Notes: generated from the letters alone by a model not told the origin. A stretch of 53,638 nt of DNA from an uncultured Gammaproteobacteria bacterium (GCA_964360785.1 CAYHXX010000001.1:204549-258186), one strand, 5' to 3'. Numbered from the stretch's first letter, positions 29,572 through 37,922 are shown. Numbers and translations: made by a program.

Positions 29572-31734
29572 TTAAGAAGCTTTTCTTTTTGCGACGATTG
29601 CCGAACCAACAACAATTGCGAGAGCAACCCCAAGCAAAAGTATGTTGAAGCTAAAACCACTACTTGGGTGGTTGATCACTTTGGTAAGCGGTTTTTCAAC
29701 ACTAGTACCGGCGACTTTTGCACCCTCAAGTACCTTTCCAGTCTGTAGCAGAGCGTCCTTGAGCGAACCGGTTGCGGAGCCGAAACTTAAACCAGAAGTC
29801 TTACTTGCGGGTTTGTTTGTGTTACCTGAGATTGTTTGGACAGCGCCAAGCGATACAGTCGGTAGATTTACTGCCCCAACTCCATTGCCTGGTAACTCTT
29901 GATCTGGGGAAATAATATTTCCGGAAAACTTCCCAAAGATGTTGACGACTGTAATGACAAATTTCTTTCCGACAAAGTTGTTGTTGACGAAGTTTACAAT
30001 ATTGCTGGCGACATTTACATCTCCAGTTTTAATATTCGCACCACCCATGTTTTTATCAGCGCTGTTATTTCCGGTGTTAGCGTTAATATTAACATTGTTG
30101 TTTATCGTAGCGTTATTGGTATTGTTGATTGTTGTCGTGTTGTTTGAAGTTGTTGTTGCCGTGTTGTCCGAACCAGCACCGTTTCCAGAATTGAGAGCGT
30201 AGATCGAACCATCAGGAGCAACACCAAACTCCATCCCCGAACCATCGATTGTGGCACCATCGGCTGCGCCAACTATCTTTCCAGTCCATTCACCTTGGTT
30301 GTTGACCAAGACCAACCACCAAGTGTCTCCCTGACCCACGGTATTAGTATTGGCAACAGTGACAAGATTTGAGTTCACGTCCAGGTTACCAGTGGTTATT
30401 GAGGCATCTCCCATATTTTTCGCAGCCGAGTTACCGCCTGTGTTAGCATCAATATTGAGGTTATTATTAATAGTCGCATTGTTGAGATTGTTAACTAGCA
30501 GTGTGTCGTTGACAGTGGAACTTGAAGTATTTGTTGAATCCTCACCATTACCAGTATTGGCTGCGGTTATATCCGAAGCACAACCACAACCTGAAAGGTC
30601 TGCTTCTCGTGGGAGGATAATGTCTCCAGACATATCTCCATAGATATTGACTGTGTTCAAAAGCCAGTCCGCTCCAGCGACAATATTGTTGTTGAGGAAG
30701 TTGATTATATTGTTAGCAATATTTGCATCTCCACTTTCAATAATCCCAGTTCCCATGTTGGCATCGGCACTATTTTCACCGGTGTTTGCGTAAAGTGTCA
30801 CATTGTTATCAAGTAGTAAATTATTTTCGTTGTTGATTTGCGTGTCGGTATCAGATGTAGTTGCAGCATTGTTGGTTGAGTCAGAACCATTGCCCGTGTT
30901 GGTGGCAGCTGTTCCAGAACCACTTCCGCTACCAGTTGGCCAAGTGAGCACCAAATCCTCGGAGCGCGTATCTACAATGTCAAAGTTTACCGTTTCCAGA
31001 TTGATCCCAGTGTTGTTGCCGAAGTTTATGGTTGTAAAGGAAATGTCCGCATCTCCAGAGGTAATCACCCCATCACTCATGTTTTTGTCGGTTTCGTTCT
31101 TGCCGGTATTGGCACCAATACCCTCGTTGTTAACAAGTTGCAAACTATTTTGGTTGTTCAAATCGACTGTCGAGTTACTACTCGAACCAGCAGTGTTGTT
31201 GGAACCAGAGCCGTTTCCAGAATTGGTTGCACCAAGACCAGAATCACAGCCCCCACAAAGATCATCCAGATTGACTATTGTATTGTTGAGATCGTTTACC
31301 AAACTCCCATCGACCGTAGCATCCCCAGTAGCGATACTGCCATCACCCATATTCTTGTTGGCATCGTTCTGCCCAGTATTAACATCAACATCGAGATTGT
31401 TTTCAACATCTGCGTTGTTGACGGTCTCAACCGCTGTCTCATCTGTCACATCGACTTCAGAAGTATTGTTCGAGTCCGCACCATTGCCAGTATTTGTTGC
31501 TTGTGCGGTAGATTCTTCCGGTGGAGTTGGTGTAGTGTTTGTCGCTTCACTCGTTGAGGTATTCTGAGAGGGGTCGAGTAAATTGATGGGCGCAGTTGGG
31601 GCCGCCGGAGCACTTGGTGCAGCTGGCGCTGAAGGAGAAGCCAGAGTTAGACCAAGAGCGGTTGTCGGGCTAAACAGAACAGTTGTCAATAAAAGACAAC
31701 TTGCTACTAGGGTTTTTATTTTTAATAATTTCAT
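29572..31734 (-). CDS. Secreted Asn/Thr/Gly-rich repeat protein (5 repeats) with C-terminal TM anchor
   Basis: Signal peptide, Pro/Ala stalk, 5x N(T/S)GNG..S.N...NTG.N...NM...(T/S)G, terminal TM + KRK. Confidence 0.88.
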   Translation of the reverse strand: MKLLKIKTLVASCLLLTTVLFSPTTALGLTLASPSAPAAPSAPAAPTAPINLLDPSQNTSTSEATNTTPTPPEESTAQATNTGNGADSNNTSEVDVTDETAVETVNNADVENNLDVDVNTGQNDANKNMGDGSIATGDATVDGSLVNDLNNTIVNLDDLCGGCDSGLGATNSGNGSGSNNTAGSSSNSTVDLNNQNSLQLVNNEGIGANTGKNETDKNMSDGVITSGDADISFTTINFGNNTGINLETVNFDIVDTRSEDLVLTWPTGSGSGSGTAATNTGNGSDSTNNAATTSDTDTQINNENNLLLDNNVTLYANTGENSADANMGTGIIESGDANIANNIINFLNNNIVAGADWLLNTVNIYGDMSGDIILPREADLSGCGCASDITAANTGNGEDSTNTSSSTVNDTLLVNNLNNATINNNLNIDANTGGNSAAKNMGDASITTGNLDVNSNLVTVANTNTVGQGDTWWLVLVNNQGEWTGKIVGAADGATIDGSGMEFGVAPDGSIYALNSGNGAGSDNTATTTSNNTTTINNTNNATINNNVNINANTGNNSADKNMGGANIKTGDVNVASNIVNFVNNNFVGKKFVITVVNIFGKFSGNIISPDQELPGNGVGAVNLPTVSLGAVQTISGNTNKPASKTSGLSFGSATGSLKDALLQTGKVLEGAKVAGTSVEKPLTKVINHPSSGFSFNILLLGVALAIVVGSAIVAKRKAS

Positions 31735-31825
31735 TTCTTTAAAAGGTCCTTTCTCTCAATTTTAAATCGAAAGCAAAAATATATTTCTTTAAAAGCTACT
31801 TTTGGCTTCTATCTAAATTTCTTTG

Positions 31826-31866
31826 TCCCTTCCCGGTCCGGCACAAGGCCGGACCAGAGAAAGAAC
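31826..31866 (-). other. Strong intercistronic stem-loop without U-tract
   Basis: GGTCCGGC-N5-GCCGGACC core, extendable by G-U pairs on the - strand. Confidence 0.65.
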
Positions 31867-31883
31867 TAACCTAAAACAAGAAC

Positions 31884-33113
31884 TTAGTTAGAAAACTGCC
31901 CCATCAGGAGAAGTACCCAACCGTTCAAATCATCTAGGTTTGGAAGTTGTGGAAGGTTAAGACCGTCCATGTCTCCCAAGACATTGGAGTTAGCTTCGGT
32001 GCTCGAGTCAACTGAAGCGTCAGCGTCACCAGTTGTTACTGATGGGTCGCCACCGTCTTTAGAAGTGTTATCGTTAGCATCATTGTTTCCAGTGTCTACC
32101 TCAACGTCAACACCATCGCACTTACCATCGTTGAAGTTGTTGTTTTGTTCTGCCCCGAGTTCAGATGCAAGTTTGACCTTAACATCGTTGTCAGAATCAG
32201 AACCATTACCAGCAACTTTGATGTCTGCACCAAGTTCGCAGCACTCATCAAGGTTTACGCCGTTGAAATTGGCTTTGTTGTCAATTCCAACTTCGACGTC
32301 AGCATCACCTGTGTCGATAGAAACATCGCCACCGGTGTTGTCATTGGCTTCGTTGTCGCCAGTTTCAGCATCAACGTCAACATCATTGCTGATATTGGCA
32401 TTGTTGTTCTGAAGTACGCCAACTCCGCTGAGAAGTTCGACATCAACGTCATTGTCGCTGTCAGATCCGTTGCCGGAAATTTCAACATTCAACTCGCCAC
32501 CATCACCATTACCTCCGACGGAAGCAACGTTTTGGTTGACCATGTTGGCAATGTCAACTGTGACATCAGCGTCACCAGTTTCGATTTCTACATCGCCACC
32601 AGTGTTGTCTTCTGCTTCGTTATCGCCGGTCTTGGCGTCAACGTCAACGTTGTTGTTTACGTTTGCATTGTTGTTCTGTTCAATTCCAGTTTCGTTCAAA
32701 ACTTTTACGTTTGCATCGTTGTCAGAATCAGATCCGTTGCCGGAAATTTTGACAGAGGTGTCACCAGGACATCCTCCACAAGCGACGTTAGCAACGTTGG
32801 AGTTAGCACTGTTGGACACAGAGCTACTCACGTTAGCATCTCCAGTGTCGATGGATACATCACCACCGGTATTGTCGTTTGCGTCGTTATCACCAGTATT
32901 AGCGTCAATATTGACGTTATTCTGGATGTTAGCGTTATTGTTCTGGACGATTGAATTGCTAGTGCTTACAGTTACGTTAGCGGTATTGTCAGAGTCGGAC
33001 CCATTACCAGAGATGGTAACAGTAGTAGTTCCGAATGCAACAGATGCTACGCTCCCTGTTAGCAAGGCTGCTGTAGAAACAGCAGTTGTCAATTTGTAGA
33101 CAAATTTATTCAT
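31884..33113 (-). CDS. Secreted acidic Asn/Asp-rich repeat protein (4 x ~89 aa), no anchor; putative major fibre subunit
   Basis: Signal peptide ending VAFG; 4x GNGSDSDN...QNNN...TG.N.A.DNT...TGDA; DNA repeat period 267 bp (32461/32728); strong RBS GGGGGTG. Confidence 0.9.
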   Translation of the reverse strand: MNKFVYKLTTAVSTAALLTGSVASVAFGTTTVTISGNGSDSDNTANVTVSTSNSIVQNNNANIQNNVNIDANTGDNDANDNTGGDVSIDTGDANVSSSVSNSANSNVANVACGGCPGDTSVKISGNGSDSDNDANVKVLNETGIEQNNNANVNNNVDVDAKTGDNEAEDNTGGDVEIETGDADVTVDIANMVNQNVASVGGNGDGGELNVEISGNGSDSDNDVDVELLSGVGVLQNNNANISNDVDVDAETGDNEANDNTGGDVSIDTGDADVEVGIDNKANFNGVNLDECCELGADIKVAGNGSDSDNDVKVKLASELGAEQNNNFNDGKCDGVDVEVDTGNNDANDNTSKDGGDPSVTTGDADASVDSSTEANSNVLGDMDGLNLPQLPNLDDLNGWVLLLMGQFSN

Positions 33114-33215
33114 GTATGTATTCACCCCCTTTCATAGTAATTTTGATTGTATTATCGAGTTTGATATAGGTTTTGTTTTCTTTAACAGACTTTGTCATAT
33201 AGTAATCTCTTTACT

Positions 33216-33281
33216 AAACGAAAACGGAGGCAAACCTTCACACAGTTATTGTGTAAAAGCTTACCTCCGTTTGCGGTCGGT
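33216..33281 (-). promoter_or_regulatory. Leader attenuator-like element: 23-bp terminator-like stem overlapping an alternative small hairpin
   Basis: AAACGGAGGUAAGCUUUUACACA/UGUGUGAAGGUUUGCCUCCGUUU fully paired with G-U pairs, then UCGUUU; CCG-CAAA-CGG overlaps its 5' arm. Confidence 0.65.
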
Positions 33282-33345
33282 AAATCAGTTATTTAAAGAT
33301 ATTTTCCAAAATAGTTGGGGGCAAATAAATATCCTATTAGAATTT

Positions 33346-33375
33346 AGTATAACGTGCTCTTTTTCAACCTGTCAA
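33346..33375 (-). promoter_or_regulatory. Sigma70 promoter of the repeat-protein operon
   Basis: TTGACA-18-TATACT. Confidence 0.7.
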
Positions 33376-33407
33376 GTCCTTTAGTATTTTATTCCCAGTT
33401 GTGGACT

Positions 33408-33461
33408 TTGCATTTGCTTCGCAAAAGATTCGCTAACACTCTTGCATTTGCTTCGCAAAAG
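33408..33461. repeat. Two exact 20-bp direct repeats, each containing a GCGAAGC mini-hairpin
   Basis: ttgcatttgcttcgcaaaag at 33408-33427 and 33442-33461. Confidence 0.85.
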
Positions 33462-33478
33462 TCAAGCCCTCTAGTTAT

Positions 33479-33697
33479 TTATCTTTTTCTACTACCATTA
33501 CTATAGAGCCTAACCCCTTGGTTCTCAGTATTGTTCAGTCTATCGGTTTTCTTAATAGTTCTCTCTGTTATTTGGACGACGCGACCAGACTCAATATAGA
33601 TTTCAACACTACCATAATCTTTTGTCCCCACCGCGCGCAGGATGTCTTCCCAGATTTCAGATGGTATTGAATTTTGTGTAGCAGTAGGGTTGTTCAT
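33479..33697 (-). CDS. DUF2292/YezD-like small protein
   Basis: ILRAV...DYGSVEIYIESGRVVQITER matches the family pattern YGSV.I....G.V.QI; start ATG 33697. Confidence 0.8.
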   Translation of the reverse strand: MNNPTATQNSIPSEIWEDILRAVGTKDYGSVEIYIESGRVVQITERTIKKTDRLNNTENQGVRLYSNGSRKR

Positions 33698-33719
33698 TAA
33701 TATTTTAGAGACAGTTACT

Positions 33720-34340
33720 TTACTTAAGTGTAAACTCAAGAATAGTTCTCTCACCATTTAGTTCGCCAACTTCAACTTTAAACTTCGTTGAACCAACTGG
33801 CACTACAAAACCTACGTTTGAAGTTTTGGTGGATTGCGGACGCACCTCAACATTACCCTGGTGAGCCGTTGGTGCAAATTTCTTTCCGTCAACATCGATC
33901 AGGCGAAAACTATCAACTGGGTAAGTATAGAGCGGGACATTGTAATTATTGGAAATTTCCATATTTAGTACTAAGAATTCTTTATTGTTCCGAGCTGCCA
34001 CTCTTTGACCCTGTACCAGGACTGATTCTGCTTTTTGAACGCTGGTAACTTCGACTGGGAATTTCCCATTTGTATTCTTACCATCTTTGGTCTTTGGAAC
34101 AACCTCGAAGTTGTGTGACAAAGGCAAAACGACTGTATTGGAATTGCTGCGGTTTGCGAAGAAAATAAAATAGAGACCGGTCAAGACAACCACTGCGGTT
34201 AGGATGAAAAAGATTCTTTTGGGTTTGCTCACAAATCTTTTGACCGAAGCGAACATACCAGAGAAATTGATGCTGAGTCGTCGACGTGTAGTAGTGGTTG
34301 TGTCAGTGGTAGCTATGGGACTAAATGTAGTAACGGACAT
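33720..34340 (-). CDS. Membrane-anchored DUF4352-like Ig-fold protein
   Basis: One TM; KEFLVLNMEISN, FRLIDVDGKKF, GFVVP; AAGGAG RBS. Confidence 0.75.
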   Translation of the reverse strand: MSVTTFSPIATTDTTTTTRRRLSINFSGMFASVKRFVSKPKRIFFILTAVVVLTGLYFIFFANRSNSNTVVLPLSHNFEVVPKTKDGKNTNGKFPVEVTSVQKAESVLVQGQRVAARNNKEFLVLNMEISNNYNVPLYTYPVDSFRLIDVDGKKFAPTAHQGNVEVRPQSTKTSNVGFVVPVGSTKFKVEVGELNGERTILEFTLK

Positions 34341-34448
34341 AATCTCCTTACAATTTAGAGACAGTATTTAATAATTATTGTGGCAGCAGAGATCGTGGAC
34401 AGAGGCAGAGGACAGTGGTTTGAAGAAAGACTTTTCAAACCGATCTAA

Positions 34449-34488
34449 AGTATAGAAAACAATATAGCATGTGTCAAGAGGTTGTCAA
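34449..34488 (-). promoter_or_regulatory. Two interleaved sigma70 promoters
   Basis: TTGACA-17-TATACT (34477-34449) and TTGACA-16-TATATT (34488-34461). Confidence 0.65.
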
Positions 34489-34708
34489 GGACATATGTAC
34501 TTGCAAATAAGCATTTATCATCCATCGGATTTTAAATTGACATAAGAGTGTTAATTGTAACGCTTAATTTTCGAACCTAGCATTATCATTATATATAGAG
34601 GCTCAAACTTCCAAATCCAATAGTTTATATTCTGTAACTATAAACCACCCCACCACGCTGGTGAATGTACTTCGATGATTCGATTTATCGAAGTACTAAG
34701 AAGCCACC

Positions 34709-34744
34709 AAAAAGCTCCCCTATTTGGACAGAGAGGAGCTTTTT
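34709..34744. terminator. Bidirectional intrinsic terminator ending the tasA operon
   Basis: AAAAAGCTCC...GGAGCTTTTT. Confidence 0.75.
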
Positions 34745-34766
34745 GTTGTTTTAGGTTAGTTGCCAA

Positions 34767-35111
34767 CTAGTTGTTGACATCATTGTTGATGTTGATTTCC
34801 ACACTGTTGTTGCCGGTATCGATCGAAACACTGCCACCAGTGTTCCCATTGGCAGTGTTACCACCAGTGTTCTGACGAACCCTGACCTTGTTTCTTACAG
34901 TTGCATTGTTTACAGCGGCACTACCCGTAGAAACACACTTATTTGGTCGGCAGCTTCTACCCCCACTGACTCGGACTGTACAGGAGTTACTTGAACCAGA
35001 ACCATTTCCCGAAATTGTACAAGTTGCATCTGCCAAAGCAACCGGTGCTAGTAGTGCACCCGTGGTCAGTAGTCCTGCAGTAGCTAGACCAATTCTTTTT
35101 GCTATATTCAT
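34767..35111 (-). CDS. Small secreted single-repeat paralogue of the Asn/Gly-rich repeat family
   Basis: Signal peptide ending ALA; ISGNGSGSSN...NTGGNTANGNTGGSVSIDTG; 4 Cys; GGAGGTG RBS. Confidence 0.85.
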   Translation of the reverse strand: MNIAKRIGLATAGLLTTGALLAPVALADATCTISGNGSGSSNSCTVRVSGGRSCRPNKCVSTGSAAVNNATVRNKVRVRQNTGGNTANGNTGGSVSIDTGNNSVEININNDVNN

Positions 35112-35129
35112 TATGAGTTTCACCTCCCT

Positions 35130-36176
35130 TCAGGATAGTTCACAAGTTTTCTTTACCAAAGCATTGATACAAGTATCGATTCCGCTTTCGCCTTTGATCT
35201 TGTTGTTACCTAAACCGCCATTGAGATTGTCATCACCACTACCTCCACTAATTTCATCATCGCCCGCTCCAGCATCAACCAGATCATTACCACTCCCAGC
35301 TTTAATTTCGTCATTGTTAGCTCCACCAAAGATATCGTCATTTCCGGAACCTCCATCAATTTCGTCGTTCCCGTCATTTCCAAATATTTGGTCCCTTTCA
35401 CTACCACCATCTAAATCATCATCACCCGTACCACCAAATAAAACATCCTTACCACTGCCACCCTTTATCCGATCAACACCTTCATTTCCGATCAAACAAT
35501 CGTCTCCTCCGCCACCATTGATACGATCATTTCCTTCAAATCCAATTATTAGATCGTTTTTCGAACCACCGTTGAGATTGTTATTCCCGGAAGTTCCAAA
35601 TATAGTCTGTCCGTTGAAATCGATACTTTGACATTCCTCTGGTATCTCAATGCTTATCCCGATTTGCAAATCAAAAATTACGGTTTTGTTTTGAAAACTA
35701 TTTCCACTACCCTGGCCAAAAGTTGCCTTAAATTTGTAACTGGCAACCTCTGTCGGGTTTTGGTTACCAAGAAAGATTCCGTTTATCGAGGTACTATCTG
35801 TGAAAAACTGTTGTAAGGTTCTCGCTCCTGTATAACTCGTTCCTCCGTAGACTTCGACCAAGTTCTTGGAGATCACAATGTTTAGCCCGGAAGCAAGTGC
35901 CCCTGTCTCACTGGTTTTGATACCTTTTACTCCAACTGGTCGAATGACGGCTGCATTATTGGTCACAGTTACGTTTCTCTCTTCACTTTGTCCGGGAGCT
36001 AGATTGCTGACCACAAAGATTGGGTTTCCCGAGGGCACTCCCCAATCAACTGACAAATCTCCAACTGCATAAGCAGTTTTATTTAAATTAAAACGTAGGC
36101 CATCATTAGCAAACACTGCTGCAACGACTGCTACTATTAATAATGTTATTCTCAGATAGCGAAATTTATTTTTCAT
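35130..36176 (-). CDS. Secreted protein with TasA-like N-terminal domain and RTX/hemolysin-type Ca2+-binding repeats
   Basis: NLAPGQ...FQNKTVIFDL resembles the TasA fold; about 13 GGxGxD-type nonapeptides. Confidence 0.85.
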   Translation of the reverse strand: MKNKFRYLRITLLIVAVVAAVFANDGLRFNLNKTAYAVGDLSVDWGVPSGNPIFVVSNLAPGQSEERNVTVTNNAAVIRPVGVKGIKTSETGALASGLNIVISKNLVEVYGGTSYTGARTLQQFFTDSTSINGIFLGNQNPTEVASYKFKATFGQGSGNSFQNKTVIFDLQIGISIEIPEECQSIDFNGQTIFGTSGNNNLNGGSKNDLIIGFEGNDRINGGGGDDCLIGNEGVDRIKGGSGKDVLFGGTGDDDLDGGSERDQIFGNDGNDEIDGGSGNDDIFGGANNDEIKAGSGNDLVDAGAGDDEISGGSGDDNLNGGLGNNKIKGESGIDTCINALVKKTCELS

Positions 36177-37213
36177 TAACAACTCCCATTGTTACTTGTT
36201 CCCTTTGTTGCTGTTGCACAAGTCTGAAAACTCCCAGTTCCGTTTGTCGATCTTCCGATCGAAATTCCAGCTGAGGAGGAACCATACGTATGTGTATCTT
36301 CAATAGTTAAACTCGGATCAATCAGGTCAATAGTGTCCCCTGCGTTGTTAAGAATTGTTTCGGTTGGTCCATAATTAAAAACTACAAATGCTCCAGGAGC
36401 AATTGTCCCTAAACTTGTTAAGCTTTTTGGCGGGTTGCCGGGGTCATCCAAAGTCCAACCAGTCAAGTTGACACTTGTTGTGCCCGAATTATAAATCTCC
36501 ACCCACTCGTTAGTAAAAGCAGTTCCGGGATTTGCAACGAATTCATTTATCTTCAAATTAGAAAAATCACTAGCTGCTACAAAAGTATTGTTCGAACTGA
36601 CTGCTACATCTGAAAAGTATGAAAAAGAACTGCCAATGAAAATCAAGCAAAGAACTGTCAGAGTGATTGGTTTATAAATATTGAGCCGCGCATCTCGCTT
36701 CTTTGGCCGCTTTTTTACTTCCTCGACTATTACCATTAGTTCAGAAATTATGAAAAACATTGTCGGAACTGTGATCAATAAGATAAATCCAAGCGGTTGC
36801 TTCACATAACTCACGAATTTCCCTACAAAAGGAGCCGCAAACACTATTCTCCCGACCACGTGCTTGTCTGGAACAAGTTCGGGGTCTTTTTCTTGGTTGG
36901 CATCTCCTTTTGTCTGGAAAAACTTTTCCCCGTTTTCCCGTACAACGTTGACTACCCGATGACTGACTAACTCTTTTCCCTTTTGGAAAGTGATGACATC
37001 GTTTTCGACATAGTTGACCCCAGCACCATCAGTACCTTTTTTCGCCACTACCACTAGCGATCCAGCCGGAATTGACGGAGCCATACTTCCCGTCTGCACA
37101 ATCAGTGGTTTTGTTGGGACAGGCAAATCAAGATAGGCTGCTACAGTGACAGCACCAATTGCGACAAATATCGCCAGTACAGAATATTTGAGTATTCCAA
37201 AAAATATTTTCAT
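36176..37213 (-). CDS. sipW: SipW-type signal peptidase I fused to a SipW-cognate signal peptide and lamin-tail domain
   Basis: TGSMAPSI (Ser), SHRV (His), TKGDAN; then IGSSFSYFSD..SSNNTF; then INEF..NP..EWVEIYN..VNLTGWTL LTD. Confidence 0.88.
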   Translation of the reverse strand: MKIFFGILKYSVLAIFVAIGAVTVAAYLDLPVPTKPLIVQTGSMAPSIPAGSLVVVAKKGTDGAGVNYVENDVITFQKGKELVSHRVVNVVRENGEKFFQTKGDANQEKDPELVPDKHVVGRIVFAAPFVGKFVSYVKQPLGFILLITVPTMFFIISELMVIVEEVKKRPKKRDARLNIYKPITLTVLCLIFIGSSFSYFSDVAVSSNNTFVAASDFSNLKINEFVANPGTAFTNEWVEIYNSGTTSVNLTGWTLDDPGNPPKSLTSLGTIAPGAFVVFNYGPTETILNNAGDTIDLIDPSLTIEDTHTYGSSSAGISIGRSTNGTGSFQTCATATKGTSNNGSC

Positions 37214-37227
37214 CTTTTACTCTCCGA

Positions 37228-37279
37228 GTCCGAGGCCCCAAGGCCATACCCTGGGGCCTACGAGTTAAAACCTCGGACT
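37228..37279 (-). other. Intercistronic stem-loop after tasA
   Basis: AGTCCGAGG/CCTCGGACT outer stem and GGCCCCA/TGGGGCC inner stem (partly overlapping). Confidence 0.6.
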
Positions 37280-37858
37280 TTACCAAGTTGCGTTTGTTTG
37301 CTTTGCTTCAGCTTGAAGAGAAGCAGTAAACGTCTGTCCTTGGAAATCGTTACCTGCAGTACTATCCAATTCGACCGTTAGTTGATACTGAGCTCTATCA
37401 CCTGTGTTTAACACGAAAGGAGTACCAGTACTCAAACCATCGTTAGTATCATAGAAGTAGCCAGTTATACCACTAGGAACGTTCAAAATGGAAACGAACG
37501 AAGTTCCATTCCAACGTGCAACATCAGTAACTTTAACCTTGTTTTGAGGGTCTAGTGAACCAAGACTCCAAGCACCCGTCGCAAAACCTCGGATATTAAT
37601 CGGTAGTGTTCCTGTGTTCTTCACATCAAAATTCACTAACTTTGATTCGCCCGGCTGCCAATTAGAACCCAAAGCCTCAGACTCAAAATCAGTATCAGCG
37701 TTCTGGTCAGTGATACTTAAATTCAATGTTCCAGTTGTAATTGTGTTGTTTGTTGAGGTATCAGTTGCTGAGAAGAACGCGAAAGTTGCGCCGACTAAAA
37801 GTGCACCTGCTGTCCCTATACTTAGAACCGAAGTTACTATTTTTCTATTGATTGACAT
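37280..37858 (-). CDS. tasA: TasA/CalY (camelysin) family fibre protein
   Basis: SipW-class signal GATFAFFS..TSTNNTITTGTLNL; QPGES; AGNDFQGQTF...AKQ. Confidence 0.88.
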   Translation of the reverse strand: MSINRKIVTSVLSIGTAGALLVGATFAFFSATDTSTNNTITTGTLNLSITDQNADTDFESEALGSNWQPGESKLVNFDVKNTGTLPINIRGFATGAWSLGSLDPQNKVKVTDVARWNGTSFVSILNVPSGITGYFYDTNDGLSTGTPFVLNTGDRAQYQLTVELDSTAGNDFQGQTFTASLQAEAKQTNATW

Positions 37859-37895
37859 TTATTTTTCACCCCCTCTCGCGTTGGGTTTTGAGCAC

Positions 37896-37922
37896 AAAAA
37901 AACCACGTCAAAATCGCGTGGT
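37896..37922 (-). terminator. Intrinsic terminator inside the tasA leader
   Basis: ACCACG-N9-CGTGGT followed by a T-tract, between the promoter and the tasA RBS. Confidence 0.6.

Noticed and set aside
33408-33461. Possible mini-CRISPR array
   Set aside because: Only two 20-bp repeats with a 14-bp spacer, and no cas genes
34640-34708. IS200/IS605-like end or palindromic insertion (GTACTTCGAT...ATCGAAGTAC)
   Set aside because: The palindrome is real, but no tnpA/tnpB remnant or second end is identifiable
30803-35631. Long + strand ORFs (30803..31567, 32145..32954, 32452..33099, 34888..35631)
   Set aside because: Antisense shadows of low-complexity Asn/Asp/Gly repeat genes; no RBS or domain signal
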